Source: a virus. Taken from it: DNA of 64,000 nt. Every line of letters starts with the position of its first letter. Positions within the stretch are counted from its first letter, which is position 1. The notes beneath the pieces were generated by a model. The model saw only the letters and a program-made list of their open reading frames with translations, searched no databases and was not told the origin of the DNA. The position numbers and the translations under genes are program-made. Positions 22,210 to 32,388 of this stretch are shown here, in pieces. The stretch covers positions 32,001 through 96,000 of the IMG/VR virus record IMGVR_UViG_3300045972_000140; one strand, 5' to 3'.

Positions 22210-22217
22210 TATTTATC
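22210..22217 (-). promoter_or_regulatory. Late promoter motif GATAAATA
   Basis: Intergenic, 20 nt upstream of the 22190 ATG. Confidence 0.7.
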
Positions 22218-22232
22218 TTAATACAGGCAGTA

Positions 22233-22946
22233 TTAGCCTTGCACTAACCTAGTATCATTTGTTACAGGGCTTATAGCATATACAAAATTAACACCTGTTG
22301 CCGCACCAATGGGCGTCATTGTATTACCGTTGCCTGTATAATCTGAACATAATATCACATTTGCGCCGGGTGTGCTTTCATTAAATAATGCCGAATATTG
22401 TTGTCCAGATGTTATGCCATCGGCACAACCCGCAGAACCATAAATAGTGGCTATTTCACCTGCCGGTAAAACTCTGTTATAAACTCGAATATCGTCAACA
22501 GTTACTAGGCCTGTTTCTGTTGTAGTTCCTGTAGGAAAACCATTTATATACACTGATGTATCGGTTCCTGCTAATTGTGCTACAGTAGAGGTAGTTATTA
22601 ATGCGCCATTAACATACATCTGGTGTGTGGTACCGTTATATGTATATACTAGATGATACCAAGTATTATTAACCATAGAAAATAATCCCGAACTAGAGAT
22701 TAATACTGTGCCGCCCCAATACCATATATCAAAAGCACCTGCTCCGCTCCTTGTCCCAAACTGTAATCCACCGCCACCTGTTGTTGCATTTGTGTACAAT
22801 CCAACCATACTATGTGTTTGGCCACCTGTCCATGTAGCAGCATTTACCCACGCCGATAGCGTGAATGTCCCTAGTTGATTTATAGAGAGATTACCTGCTT
22901 GCACTGCAAGATGATAATCAACTGCGCCAGGTGATGTTACTGCCAT
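22233..22946 (-). CDS. Single LamG/concanavalin A-like domain protein
   Basis: FTLSAWV...WYHLVYTYNG...MYVNG...DDIRVYNRVL...EI motifs. Confidence 0.8.
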   Translation of the reverse strand: MAVTSPGAVDYHLAVQAGNLSINQLGTFTLSAWVNAATWTGGQTHSMVGLYTNATTGGGGLQFGTRSGAGAFDIWYWGGTVLISSSGLFSMVNNTWYHLVYTYNGTTHQMYVNGALITTSTVAQLAGTDTSVYINGFPTGTTTETGLVTVDDIRVYNRVLPAGEIATIYGSAGCADGITSGQQYSALFNESTPGANVILCSDYTGNGNTMTPIGAATGVNFVYAISPVTNDTRLVQG

Positions 22947-22955
22947 AATATCGCC

Positions 22956-24356
22956 TTATGCAAACGATATATCAAGCGAAGACATTAACCAATTAGATGC
23001 TAAGTTCGATGCTACTGTTGTATTCCGTGTAAGTTCAAATTGATATTCAACACCTGCTGTTAAACCAAGAGATGCAAGAGTAGCTGAGTATGTATAATAT
23101 TGTGTGAAAACATTTGTTGTTACACCTACGCTTGTAAACGTCTTGGCTGCAGACCAAGCACTGATAGCAGCGTTGTTAGGAATACTTCTGTAATATAAAT
23201 TCATTTGAATATTTACAGCGGCAACCGGTGCAGTCTGTGGACGACCACGATATGTAAATTGAATAGTTGTAGCAGTAGCCGGTATGGTAAGTAAAAGTCC
23301 GACGCCTTGCTCTATTGTGTTTGAAAACTGTCTTACGTTTATTGCTGCATTAGTAGGATCAGCCACAGTAGGTGCTAATGCATTTATTACCCAGTCAGCA
23401 TTATTAGGTGAATCTAAACTTGTTGCATAATAGGATAATGTTCTTATTGCAGATACTGTTGCTACACCACTTGCACCTGTGGCCGCAATAGCACCCACTA
23501 AATTAAGAGTAGTGTATGTACCGGATAATGCAACACCGTTGTTTTGAACAATAACAGAACTTGGTGTGCTTGCTCCTGCTGCAATAGATGCACCATTTGC
23601 TAATACTGTTACACGCAAAGTTTTTGTATTACCAAATACACGAACAGTTACTACTGATGCAGATGTAATTGTTATTAAATCGGGCTGAACTATTTGATTT
23701 GTGCTTACTTCTGCTAAAGACACAACTACATTTTGTGTTCCTAAACTATGGGTTACGGTAGCAGTATAATACCCGCCTGTATCAGCAACCCACGCTACTG
23801 TGCCGGATGGTCCAACATTCACAGAGAATGACGCAGCACCAATCGGTGTCCATATAGGCGCAGAACTTGTTGCACCATTACCTGTCTGTGCAAGAAATTG
23901 TGTTGTTGTACTTGTATTACCTGGAAGGCGTGCTGAAGTATTTGCACCATTTGCGTAAAGTATATCACCAATAGTTGTTAACGGACTTAATGCGTTGAAT
24001 GCGGCAGATGCAGATGTTTGTCCAGTACCGCCATTTGCAATAGCTAACGTACCTGCTAAAGTAATGGTACCAGACCCTGTAACAGGACCACCACTTGTGG
24101 TAAGACCTGTTGTGCCACCCGATACGGCAACAGAAGTTACTGTACCACCAGAACTAACAGTGGCCCAGGAAGTACCATTATAAAATTCAATAGCTGGTGT
24201 AGATAAACTTGTATTCCACCTTAATGCACCAGCTGTTGCTGTTCCAGGGCGTTGCGCTGTAGTACCTACTGGCAAAGTTAACGCCCCTACACTACTAACC
24301 GAAAATAATGTGGTACTATTAGGCGATATACTCTCTGTTGTAAAATCAAAATCCAT
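22956..24356 (-). CDS. Fibre-like structural protein
   Basis: Start placed at MDFDF (24356) because it matches the paralogous start MDFDY of 24464-27442 and a GATAAATA at 24389-24396 overlaps the ORF-track start. Has PVGTTAQRP...GALRWN and ANGGTG motifs. Confidence 0.75.
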   Translation of the reverse strand: MDFDFTTESISPNSTTLFSVSSVGALTLPVGTTAQRPGTATAGALRWNTSLSTPAIEFYNGTSWATVSSGGTVTSVAVSGGTTGLTTSGGPVTGSGTITLAGTLAIANGGTGQTSASAAFNALSPLTTIGDILYANGANTSARLPGNTSTTTQFLAQTGNGATSSAPIWTPIGAASFSVNVGPSGTVAWVADTGGYYTATVTHSLGTQNVVVSLAEVSTNQIVQPDLITITSASVVTVRVFGNTKTLRVTVLANGASIAAGASTPSSVIVQNNGVALSGTYTTLNLVGAIAATGASGVATVSAIRTLSYYATSLDSPNNADWVINALAPTVADPTNAAINVRQFSNTIEQGVGLLLTIPATATTIQFTYRGRPQTAPVAAVNIQMNLYYRSIPNNAAISAWSAAKTFTSVGVTTNVFTQYYTYSATLASLGLTAGVEYQFELTRNTTVASNLASNWLMSSLDISFA

Positions 24357-24388
24357 TTTGCGTTCTTGCCCCATTTTAACTAATATGC

Positions 24389-24396
24389 TATTTATC
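24389..24396 (-). promoter_or_regulatory. Late promoter motif GATAAATA
   Basis: Directly after the terminator at 24416-24442, upstream of the 24356 start. Confidence 0.65.
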
Positions 24397-24415
24397 ATCT
24401 AAAACGCAAATCAGA

Positions 24416-24442
24416 AGAATGCCCGGTTGAACCGGGCATTCT
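24416..24442 (-). terminator. Hairpin / intrinsic terminator
   Basis: AGAATGCCCGGTT-g-AACCGGGCATTCT inverted repeat after the 24464 stop, followed by UUCUUCU on the minus strand. Confidence 0.7.
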
Positions 24443-24463
24443 ATATTCAATTAATTAAATTGA

Positions 24464-27442
24464 TTAGTTAGTTACTTGTGCAAGATCTGCTGTAGCAACC
24501 CAACGAATTGTATTCGCTGCGATACCAGGGACAGAAATCTTCAAGCTTCCGTTTGTTGTATCAGCGGAAACTGTAGGATCGTTCGTTGCATTAGAGATAT
24601 TACCAACTCGTGCAATTGTAGTCTTAGAAACTGCGCCTGCCATTGTTGTTGTAGCTGCTGTTGCATCTTGGTAAATCATACCAGTGAAGATCCAAGAACC
24701 AAGAGTACCTGCTGCATCTGTGCGACGAGCAACTACCTTGATTGTGTATGTCCACGCAGAGTTAGCTGGTAGAACTAAACGCTGTGATGCACCTGCGCCG
24801 TCTAAGAACAATTCTGATGCACCCGTTGTTGTTGTGATAGCACGATAAACTGCTTGCAATGCCTGGGCATCGCCTGCTGAAGCAAATTGACCGTTAGCTG
24901 TTGCAAGAACACCGTATGTAGATGCCTTAGCACCTGAACCAATTGCTACTGCCTGAGACGCTGTTGCTGTTGGAGCGTTAACTGGTGCAGTTGTAAATTC
25001 AGATAAGAACTTAGGTCCTGCTAAAGTAATAGAGCCTGCTGCATTTGTTACATAGATGCTTGTACCACTTACTGCCAATGCTGCGGCAACCGGTGCTGCA
25101 CCTGTAGAACCAATCAATAATTGACCGTTTGTAGGAGCAGAAGTAGTTGTTAACAAACCTGCTGTACCGGAGTACAAGAAGCTGTTTGCTGTTAACGAAG
25201 AAACTGTAACGCCACCTGCGCTTACAAGAGCGCCACCAGCTGTAACTGTTAAACCAGTTGCTGCTGTGATTGTGCTTGTAGAAGCAATAGAGCCAGGAGC
25301 AATAAATGTTGCCGGAATGCTTAATGTAGAAGCGCCAGTTGCTGCTGAAACTGTGACTTGGTTAGCTGTACCAGATAACGATGTAACTGCAAGACCAGAC
25401 AATGTAGACCAAGATGGAGCAGCGGCTGTATTACCGATTAATACCTGACCTGTTGTACCAACTGCGGTTGCACTAACTGCACTTGTACCATTACCTAACA
25501 ATACGCCGTTTGCACCTAATGTTGCTGCACCTGTACCACCGTTTGCTACACCAGCAATTACTGTACCAGCTGTAACACGACCAAATGCATCTGTTGTTAC
25601 TACGCCATAGGTACCTGCTGTACCTGCTGTTGCAAGATTAAGTGTAACAGAACCAGTTGCACCGGATGCTGTAATATTGCCTGCTGTACCAGCAATAGCT
25701 GTAACACCACTGTTTGTGATTGTAACTGCGCCTGTTGCGCCAGATACAGAAATACCTGTACCAGCTACATTGGATGTTACACCAGTGTTAGTGATTGTAA
25801 CTGCACCAGTTGCTGCAACATTTGTAGACAAACCTGTGCTTGTTGTAACGCTTAAAACACCAGTGTTAGCAAATACGTTGCCTGTTAAAGATAAACCTGT
25901 ACCAGCTGTATAAGAACCAGAACCGGAGAACTGAGCATAAACAACGGGATCTGTACCAAGTGTGACTACTGTTGCTGTTTCTGTCCAACCTGTATCGGCA
26001 TTTACTGTACCTTGCTGAACGTAAACTGCTTCGCCGTCGATTTCGACTGCTGTATCAGAGTCTACTGAACGTGCCCAAGCACCTGCTGCAACAACGTAGA
26101 TACCATTTGTAGAAGTTGTTGTTTGATTCTTAACTAAAACGCGGTCATTTGCAACCAATGCAATACCGTCAACTGTCTGTGTACCAGACAATGTGATGTT
26201 TGCTGTTGTTGCCGCTTTTACTGCTTGTTTCCAAGATAAACCCTGGATAGAAGAATCAACATAGCTCTTCGTTGCTGCATCAGAAGAAGCAGACGGTGTT
26301 GCTAAACCAGTAACTGTACCAGACGAGAATGTGATACCTGTCATACCAGCTAACGTTGTGGATGTTGCACCAAGTGCAATGTTTGTAGAGCCAATTGTAA
26401 CGGAACTGTTTGTTAAACCTGCGTTAGGAATACCAGTAATGTTTGTACCAGTGATTGTTGGTGCTGCTACTAAACCAATTGTAACTGCGCCTGTAGCACC
26501 AGAAACTGTAATGTTAGTACCTGCAACATTGGATGTTACACCAGTGTTAGACAATGTTACTGTACCACCTAATGCAACTGGAGAACCAGAAACGCCTAAA
26601 CCTGTACCACCTGTTACAGTAATAGAATTGTTTGTTAACGCACTATTAGGAATACCTGTAAAATTTGTACCAGTAAGTGTTGGTGTATTGGACCAAACTG
26701 GAGCACCTGCAGAACCAGTTAATACCTGAGAAGCTGTACCTTGTGCTGTTACGCCCATTGCAGATGTACCGTTACCGTAGATAACGCCATTTGCTGTAGC
26801 TGTAGATAATCCTGTACCACCAGATGAAACTGGATTAATAACTACACCTGCTGTAACACGACCAAATGCGTCTGTTGTTACTTGAGCATATGTACCTGCT
26901 GTACCTGCTGTTGCAAGGTTAGCGGTTACAGAACCAGTTGCGGCGGATAATGTAACATTACCTGCTGTACCAGCAATAGCTGTAACACCGGTGTTAGCAA
27001 TAGTGATAGAACCTGCTGCGTTTGTTACAGAAATAGCTGTACCAGCTGTTAATGTTGTACGTGTGAAACCAGAACCGTTACCGATATCAATTTGACCGTT
27101 TGTTGGTGTTGTTGTTAAACCTGTACCGCCGTTTGCTACTGCAAGTGTACCACCTAATGTGATAGCGCCGGATGTAGCAGAAGCCGGAGTTAAACCAGTT
27201 GTGCCACCGCTGAATGTAGAAACAGTTGAAGCAGAACCTGTAGAAATAGGTGTCCAGCCACTGTTGATGTAACCCTCAAGATCGTTGATATCTGTGTTAT
27301 AACGCAATGCGCCATTGGAGATACCTGTCACAGGACGGTTTGCTGTAGTACCAACTGGCACTTCAATAGCGCCGGCACCACCAATTGTTAAAATCGCCGT
27401 ATTATCCGGCGTAATCGTTTCGGTTGAATAGTCGAAATCCAT
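24464..27442 (-). CDS. Tail fibre-like structural protein
   Basis: 992 aa. TDAFGRVT and GGTG fibre repeats, DAATKSYVD, KNQT/NGIY module. C-terminal domain shared with 27460-28650. Confidence 0.8.
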   Translation of the reverse strand: MDFDYSTETITPDNTAILTIGGAGAIEVPVGTTANRPVTGISNGALRYNTDINDLEGYINSGWTPISTGSASTVSTFSGGTTGLTPASATSGAITLGGTLAVANGGTGLTTTPTNGQIDIGNGSGFTRTTLTAGTAISVTNAAGSITIANTGVTAIAGTAGNVTLSAATGSVTANLATAGTAGTYAQVTTDAFGRVTAGVVINPVSSGGTGLSTATANGVIYGNGTSAMGVTAQGTASQVLTGSAGAPVWSNTPTLTGTNFTGIPNSALTNNSITVTGGTGLGVSGSPVALGGTVTLSNTGVTSNVAGTNITVSGATGAVTIGLVAAPTITGTNITGIPNAGLTNSSVTIGSTNIALGATSTTLAGMTGITFSSGTVTGLATPSASSDAATKSYVDSSIQGLSWKQAVKAATTANITLSGTQTVDGIALVANDRVLVKNQTTTSTNGIYVVAAGAWARSVDSDTAVEIDGEAVYVQQGTVNADTGWTETATVVTLGTDPVVYAQFSGSGSYTAGTGLSLTGNVFANTGVLSVTTSTGLSTNVAATGAVTITNTGVTSNVAGTGISVSGATGAVTITNSGVTAIAGTAGNITASGATGSVTLNLATAGTAGTYGVVTTDAFGRVTAGTVIAGVANGGTGAATLGANGVLLGNGTSAVSATAVGTTGQVLIGNTAAAPSWSTLSGLAVTSLSGTANQVTVSAATGASTLSIPATFIAPGSIASTSTITAATGLTVTAGGALVSAGGVTVSSLTANSFLYSGTAGLLTTTSAPTNGQLLIGSTGAAPVAAALAVSGTSIYVTNAAGSITLAGPKFLSEFTTAPVNAPTATASQAVAIGSGAKASTYGVLATANGQFASAGDAQALQAVYRAITTTTGASELFLDGAGASQRLVLPANSAWTYTIKVVARRTDAAGTLGSWIFTGMIYQDATAATTTMAGAVSKTTIARVGNISNATNDPTVSADTTNGSLKISVPGIAANTIRWVATADLAQVTN

Positions 27443-27459
27443 TATATAATTTCCTTAAA

Positions 27460-28650
27460 TTAATTTGTTACTTCGGTAGTCAACACTGTCGCTGCCCACC
27501 TAATTGTTTTACCAGTCTCGCCAATAGCCATAATTTTCAATGACCCATTTGTTGTGTTTGTAGTGAGTGATACGTCCCAAGGCGAGTCTGTTTCCCCTAA
27601 GACTGTTTTAGATGGTGTGCCAATAAGTGTTATAGATGCTGCCGATGAATCTTTCATTACAACTCCGTCAAACTGATATCCTGCTGCGCCACCTGCGCTA
27701 TCTGTCCTTCTTGCCGTTATAATAATCGAAAAACTTACTACCGAATTTAACGGTAATACAAACGATTGACTTACTCCGTCAAGGTATAATTCTGTGCTTG
27801 TAGCATTAGTTGTTATATTTCTAAGCACATAAACCCCGTGTTGTGCATCACCTGTGCTAGAAAATACTCCGTTAGCAAAAGCTTTTGCACCATATAATGT
27901 TGCATTAGCACCATCTCCAATTACTACCGTATTTATTCCGGCTGCAACTGAAGTACTTGGAGATGTAGGGTTTTCTGTATATAGTTTTAAAGGTAAGTCA
28001 GCATATGCTATATTTCTAAAACTCGGCTGGCCAGAACTACCGTTCGGTCCCAAGAACGCTGTATTTGCAGACTGTGCAACTAATGCCATCGATATATCAC
28101 CCGATGACGTAATTGGTGTATTTGTTATACTATAGATCGGTGCTATAGAAAAATCGGCAAGGCCGACTGATGTTACTGTACCTGCTGATGCATTTGTCCA
28201 ACTCAGTATTCCTGCACCATTTGTTGTTAATACCTGATTAGATGATCCATCGGCTGCTGGCCATTTTAAATTATTTAAATATAATGAACCGCCCAATGAA
28301 TCGTTAATATATAAATCATTACCAATTGTGGTAGACAACTTAGCTGGGCCAGCGCCTGCGTTAAGAACTACGCCTTTACCGGGATCTGTTACAAGTGAAA
28401 GGTCTGTTGAGGTAGCAGCTAATATAGAACTACCGGAAAACTTAATATCCGCTAACTGTGGTGCAGACCAAGATGTGGTAGGAGCAATCCAGGATGAAAT
28501 TACATTTGTACCGGAATTAAACCATACATCTCCATTCTTGGGTGTGTAGGCGAGGCTAGGGTCGATAGATCCCTGATATATTGTCGTTCCATTTTTACCT
28601 ATCGTGAAAAATGGAACGCTCGTACCCTTAGCATTAATAATAATCGACAT
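27460..28650 (-). CDS. Fibre-like structural protein
   Basis: Start moved to MSIIINAKG (GGAG RBS). C-terminus GDAQ...RNITT...ELYLDG...ARRTD...NGSLKI...IRW...VTN is homologous to 24464-27442. Confidence 0.75.
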   Translation of the reverse strand: MSIIINAKGTSVPFFTIGKNGTTIYQGSIDPSLAYTPKNGDVWFNSGTNVISSWIAPTTSWSAPQLADIKFSGSSILAATSTDLSLVTDPGKGVVLNAGAGPAKLSTTIGNDLYINDSLGGSLYLNNLKWPAADGSSNQVLTTNGAGILSWTNASAGTVTSVGLADFSIAPIYSITNTPITSSGDISMALVAQSANTAFLGPNGSSGQPSFRNIAYADLPLKLYTENPTSPSTSVAAGINTVVIGDGANATLYGAKAFANGVFSSTGDAQHGVYVLRNITTNATSTELYLDGVSQSFVLPLNSVVSFSIIITARRTDSAGGAAGYQFDGVVMKDSSAASITLIGTPSKTVLGETDSPWDVSLTTNTTNGSLKIMAIGETGKTIRWAATVLTTEVTN

Positions 28651-28708
28651 AGCTCTCCTGTTCAGGTATGACACCTGTCCGAATAAATTCGGTCTTTGGC
28701 ATTTACCT

Positions 28709-28716
28709 TATTTATC
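28709..28716 (-). promoter_or_regulatory. Late promoter motif GATAAATA
   Basis: Intergenic. Followed on the minus strand by two small leader hairpins (CCGAA/TTCGG, CAGGT/ACCTG) and the RBS. Confidence 0.65.
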
Positions 28717-28746
28717 TTCTAAATAAATATTCTAAGAGCTATCAGG

Positions 28747-29535
28747 TTAAGAGATGACTGCCGTCATCGTTAGTACCTTATTATTGGTGTCATAAGTATA
28801 TGTTTCTGTGCGAGTTAAACCGTTGTATGTAATTACTGCGGTTGTTACATTGCCAGATGTGTATGTATATGTCGACACCATTGTACCAGTTGTGTAAACA
28901 TCCGTAACTGTATTAACAGTGCTATCTACATTATAGGTATAGGTAGTAGAAAGTAAATCTATAGAAAGAGGACTCGGCGCAATTGGCTGTCCGTTTACTG
29001 TTGGTGCAGTTTTAAAATCTAAGGTATTTGTAATACGAGAAATTGTAAATATAGTGTTTTCTGTTGTACCATTATCTGCGACGGCAACTAACTGCAAGCC
29101 GGAACCGGCATTAGATCCAGTTTCTGCAACATTATTTGTTTGAAATAACCAACGGTTAGAGCCGGCAGTTTGTAGGCTTAATGTACGGTTGGTACCTGAT
29201 GCACCTGTTACAGATAACCCTACGTTAGCCAATGTGCCTGTTGAAGTTATATTACCTGTTGTTTTATTAACCGAAAGAAACGCATTACCGCCTAATGTCC
29301 CGGAGTCATTGAATTGAATTTGCGTATCCGCGCCGCCGGGCGAGCCGCTACCACCGGCTACCCACGACACATTTGTACCATCTGTACCCAATACCTTACC
29401 ATTATTACCTGCTTGATTTGGTAATAATGCATTAATAGCTGCAGGGGCAGTAGACTGGCCCGTACCTCCATTTGCAATAGGGGTTGGTTGGCCTGTAATT
29501 ACAATGCCGACATCACTTGAAATTCTTACAGCCAT
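28747..29535 (-). CDS. Short fibre-like protein with the shared N-terminal module
   Basis: Start at MAVRISS (GGAG RBS). ANGGTG...INALLP.Q...PGGADTQIQFND module as in 4905 and 8866. C-terminus has TYTY repeats. Confidence 0.75.
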   Translation of the reverse strand: MAVRISSDVGIVITGQPTPIANGGTGQSTAPAAINALLPNQAGNNGKVLGTDGTNVSWVAGGSGSPGGADTQIQFNDSGTLGGNAFLSVNKTTGNITSTGTLANVGLSVTGASGTNRTLSLQTAGSNRWLFQTNNVAETGSNAGSGLQLVAVADNGTTENTIFTISRITNTLDFKTAPTVNGQPIAPSPLSIDLLSTTYTYNVDSTVNTVTDVYTTGTMVSTYTYTSGNVTTAVITYNGLTRTETYTYDTNNKVLTMTAVIS

Positions 29536-29557
29536 TTTATTCTCCAATTTTGGTTAG

Positions 29558-29602
29558 TAGTATTTATCAATATTAGTAATCTTGCTGCATTGATAAATAC
29601 TA
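29558..29602. promoter_or_regulatory. Back-to-back pair of late promoters forming a 14-bp inverted repeat
   Basis: TAGTATTTATCAAT (29558-29571) and ATTGATAAATACTA (29589-29602) between divergent genes. Confidence 0.75.
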
Positions 29603-29617
29603 AAACAAGGATAAGAT

Positions 29618-30868
29618 ATGCCAAGAATAAGTCTTTGGAATCCCACAAAAGGTGCTGATTTCAATTTTACCGATAGAACTGTAAATGAAAATTTTCGTAT
29701 ATCCGGTGATGGCATCCTAGTACACATGTACGAAGGCCCGGAAATTGACTCAACTGGCAGTACAGATACATCCTTAACATCTATTCAAGATGTACTATTT
29801 TTAGAAAATACATCTAGAAAATATAATCCCGATGTTATTGAGTTACGTGGGCATCATCAACCGCAAGACGTAAATTACGATCTATCCCAATTTGGTATTA
29901 TGCTTAGTTCAGACACTATTCGTATTCAATTCGGGTATACAGATATGATGGATTCGTTAGGCAGAAAACTTATTGCCGGTGATGTTTTAGAGTTTCCTAG
30001 TATGCGCGATGTACCTATCTTCAACAATGCAGTAGGCATAAATAGATATTACGTGGTTCAAGATGCGTTATATGCTGCAGGTGGTTATGGGCAAAAGTGG
30101 TTTCCGCATATATGGATGGTTAGAGCTAAGTTAATGACAGCATCTCCGGAATTTACACAAATCACAGATCAAGCAGCTACAGGACTCACATCGGGTGGTA
30201 TCGGACAAGGACTAGGTATCATGTCTGAAGGATTTACCGATACAATGGATGCAAATGGCGATCCAGGATTAGGTTGTAACCCAGACATAAAGGCCTCATT
30301 GAATTTATTTTGTAAACTTATTAAAATCACAGACCAGAATGTTGCAGAAGCAGAACAAAATGCATTCTTTGATCCAAAATTCTTCGAAAGTGCAAACTTA
30401 TACATATACCTAGATCAAAAGGGTTACCCTGTTATTGGTAGTAATTATTTTAGCGGTGATGGAGCGCCACCTAATTTATCTACAGATTTATCACAAGATT
30501 TAGTACCAAGTGGTCCACTTGTTGGTGCAGGCATTGCATTTCCTCCAGGAATGACAGATGGGCAATATTATTTAAGATTAGATTATTACCCAGAACGTCT
30601 ATTCCAAAAGCAAGGTACGTGTTATAAACTCATCGAAGTTAATGTGCTAAAGAATTGGACTGCATACAACCGTGTGTTAGATACATTTATTGATAATATT
30701 AACGACACAGTTATGCCGGACGGAACTGTATTCCCAGAAAAGCAAGCTGTATCTACTGTAGTAAAACAAAAAGTTGATTTGTACGCGCAACGTAAGAAAG
30801 ATACAACAACTAAAGAAAAAGCAAGATCTAAGATTGCAGATGATCGAGCTAAGAAGAAACCTAACTAA
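29618..30868 (+). CDS. gp14: Neck / head-closure protein, T4 gp14-like
   Basis: IQDVLFLEN.SRKY..D...YDLSQFG...LGRKLIAGDVLEFP pattern, directly upstream of the gp15-like gene. Confidence 0.6.
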   Translation: MPRISLWNPTKGADFNFTDRTVNENFRISGDGILVHMYEGPEIDSTGSTDTSLTSIQDVLFLENTSRKYNPDVIELRGHHQPQDVNYDLSQFGIMLSSDTIRIQFGYTDMMDSLGRKLIAGDVLEFPSMRDVPIFNNAVGINRYYVVQDALYAAGGYGQKWFPHIWMVRAKLMTASPEFTQITDQAATGLTSGGIGQGLGIMSEGFTDTMDANGDPGLGCNPDIKASLNLFCKLIKITDQNVAEAEQNAFFDPKFFESANLYIYLDQKGYPVIGSNYFSGDGAPPNLSTDLSQDLVPSGPLVGAGIAFPPGMTDGQYYLRLDYYPERLFQKQGTCYKLIEVNVLKNWTAYNRVLDTFIDNINDTVMPDGTVFPEKQAVSTVVKQKVDLYAQRKKDTTTKEKARSKIADDRAKKKPN

Positions 30869-30882
30869 GCGAGGCATCCAAA

Positions 30883-32358
30883 ATAGATTTTTTTTACGAT
30901 AGTCAAGTAAGACGTTACTTATTACAATTTATGCGGATATTCTCTGACATAAAAGTCAGGAATGGCCCCGATGCTAACGGACTCTACACTGTCACTCGTA
31001 TACCAATTGTATACGGCGATCCGTCGTGGGTTGTTGCACAACTTATCAAAGGTGGCAGCGAAAATACATTAATGCCGGCACCTATGTTTAGCGCATACAT
31101 AGATAATATTAAGATGGTACCAGATCGCAGACAAGATACTCAATTTGTTAGTAAGATGTCTACGGTAGAAAGAAATGTACAAGGTCTATCAAATAGTCTG
31201 TGCGACGATAACCAAAATCCTACATATGGTAGTCAACCGGGATTTAGATACGATGTAGATCGATATATGCCTGTGCCCTACGACATAACATTCAAATTAG
31301 ATTGCTGGACAACAAATACAACAAACAAATTGCAAGTCTTCGAACAGATTAGTACAGTATTTAATCCATCGATACAATTGCAGCAAAATAGCAACCTTCT
31401 AGACTGGACAAGCATCTTCGAAGTATGGATGGAAGATTTTACTTGGACAAATCGCTCTGTACCGCAAGGCGGAGAAGCAGAGCGTGATGTAATGAGTTGG
31501 AAATTTAAGGTACAGGCATGGATTAATCCTCCTGCCAAAGTTAAACGTAGTTCCCTTATCGCTGAAATTGTTACAAACGTGTTCAGTGATATTGATGTGG
31601 GGTTAGCTGCCGCAACTATAGACAGTAATGAATATGATGTATTTAGGACTTGTTTTGAAGGCATACCAATGCAAATTATTACAACAGAAGGCAATTATAA
31701 GATTTCTGTTACATTGAACGGTACACAAAACGAAATCGTATTACTGAACCAATATGGGCAAGAAGATCCATTGCTGAACTGGCAAAGCCTTATACAAAAG
31801 TACGGGCAGATTACCCCTAATATCACCAAAATTAGGCTTAAATTAGACCCTAACATCGAAGTAAGCGATTCTGACATTATAGGCAGTATTACACAAGATC
31901 CTGCACGTCAAAATGTACTGTTTTTCGTACCCGATGTGGACACAATGCCTGCAAGTACGATTCCGCCCATTAACGATATTATTGACCCAACTGAAGTCAC
32001 GCCGGGCGATGGTCTCCCTATTGCAGCCGTTGGTCAACGATATCTCCTAACATCGAGCGATAGTGCAGGTGAAGAAACTGCTATACCTGCTGGTGTAACT
32101 ACTAGTCCGTGGGGCCCTAATATCATTGCATATCCTAACGATGTTATCGAGTTTAACGGCGGTAGCTGGAAGGTCATCTTTGATTCTAAGAACTCGACAG
32201 GGTTAAATTATGTAGTAAATAATTCAAATGGCATACAATATACATTTGACGGTAAGAATTGGCACTACACATACCTAGGTATCTACAGCCCGGGATACTG
32301 GAGAATCGATAATATTATTTCAGCGCCAAATGGAACTACAGTCAACCAATACGACTGA
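30883..32358 (+). CDS. gp15: Tail sheath stabiliser / tail terminator, T4 gp15-like, C-terminally extended
   Basis: RIPIVYGD, MPVPYDITFKLDCWT...KLQVFEQI...FNPS motifs. Frame extends 16 codons upstream of the track's ATG (30931) to ATA at 30883 (IDFFYDSQVRRYLLQF), with GAGG 8 nt before it. Confidence 0.7.
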   Translation: MDFFYDSQVRRYLLQFMRIFSDIKVRNGPDANGLYTVTRIPIVYGDPSWVVAQLIKGGSENTLMPAPMFSAYIDNIKMVPDRRQDTQFVSKMSTVERNVQGLSNSLCDDNQNPTYGSQPGFRYDVDRYMPVPYDITFKLDCWTTNTTNKLQVFEQISTVFNPSIQLQQNSNLLDWTSIFEVWMEDFTWTNRSVPQGGEAERDVMSWKFKVQAWINPPAKVKRSSLIAEIVTNVFSDIDVGLAAATIDSNEYDVFRTCFEGIPMQIITTEGNYKISVTLNGTQNEIVLLNQYGQEDPLLNWQSLIQKYGQITPNITKIRLKLDPNIEVSDSDIIGSITQDPARQNVLFFVPDVDTMPASTIPPINDIIDPTEVTPGDGLPIAAVGQRYLLTSSDSAGEETAIPAGVTTSPWGPNIIAYPNDVIEFNGGSWKVIFDSKNSTGLNYVVNNSNGIQYTFDGKNWHYTYLGIYSPGYWRIDNIISAPNGTTVNQYD

Positions 32359-32388
32359 AGATAGATCTATTTTGTTGATATATACATT

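Noticed and set aside
151-28549. Dozens of + strand ORFs (for example MPSGEVAA..., V/P/A-rich) in the fibre region
   Set aside because: Antisense shadows of Thr/Gly/Ala-rich minus-strand genes whose codon usage leaves the opposite frame stop-poor. No RBS or promoter support.
4905-29535. Diversity-generating retroelement or invertase shufflon acting on fibre genes
   Set aside because: No reverse transcriptase or recombinase in the window, no repeat pair differing only at adenines noticed, and all fibre genes share one orientation.
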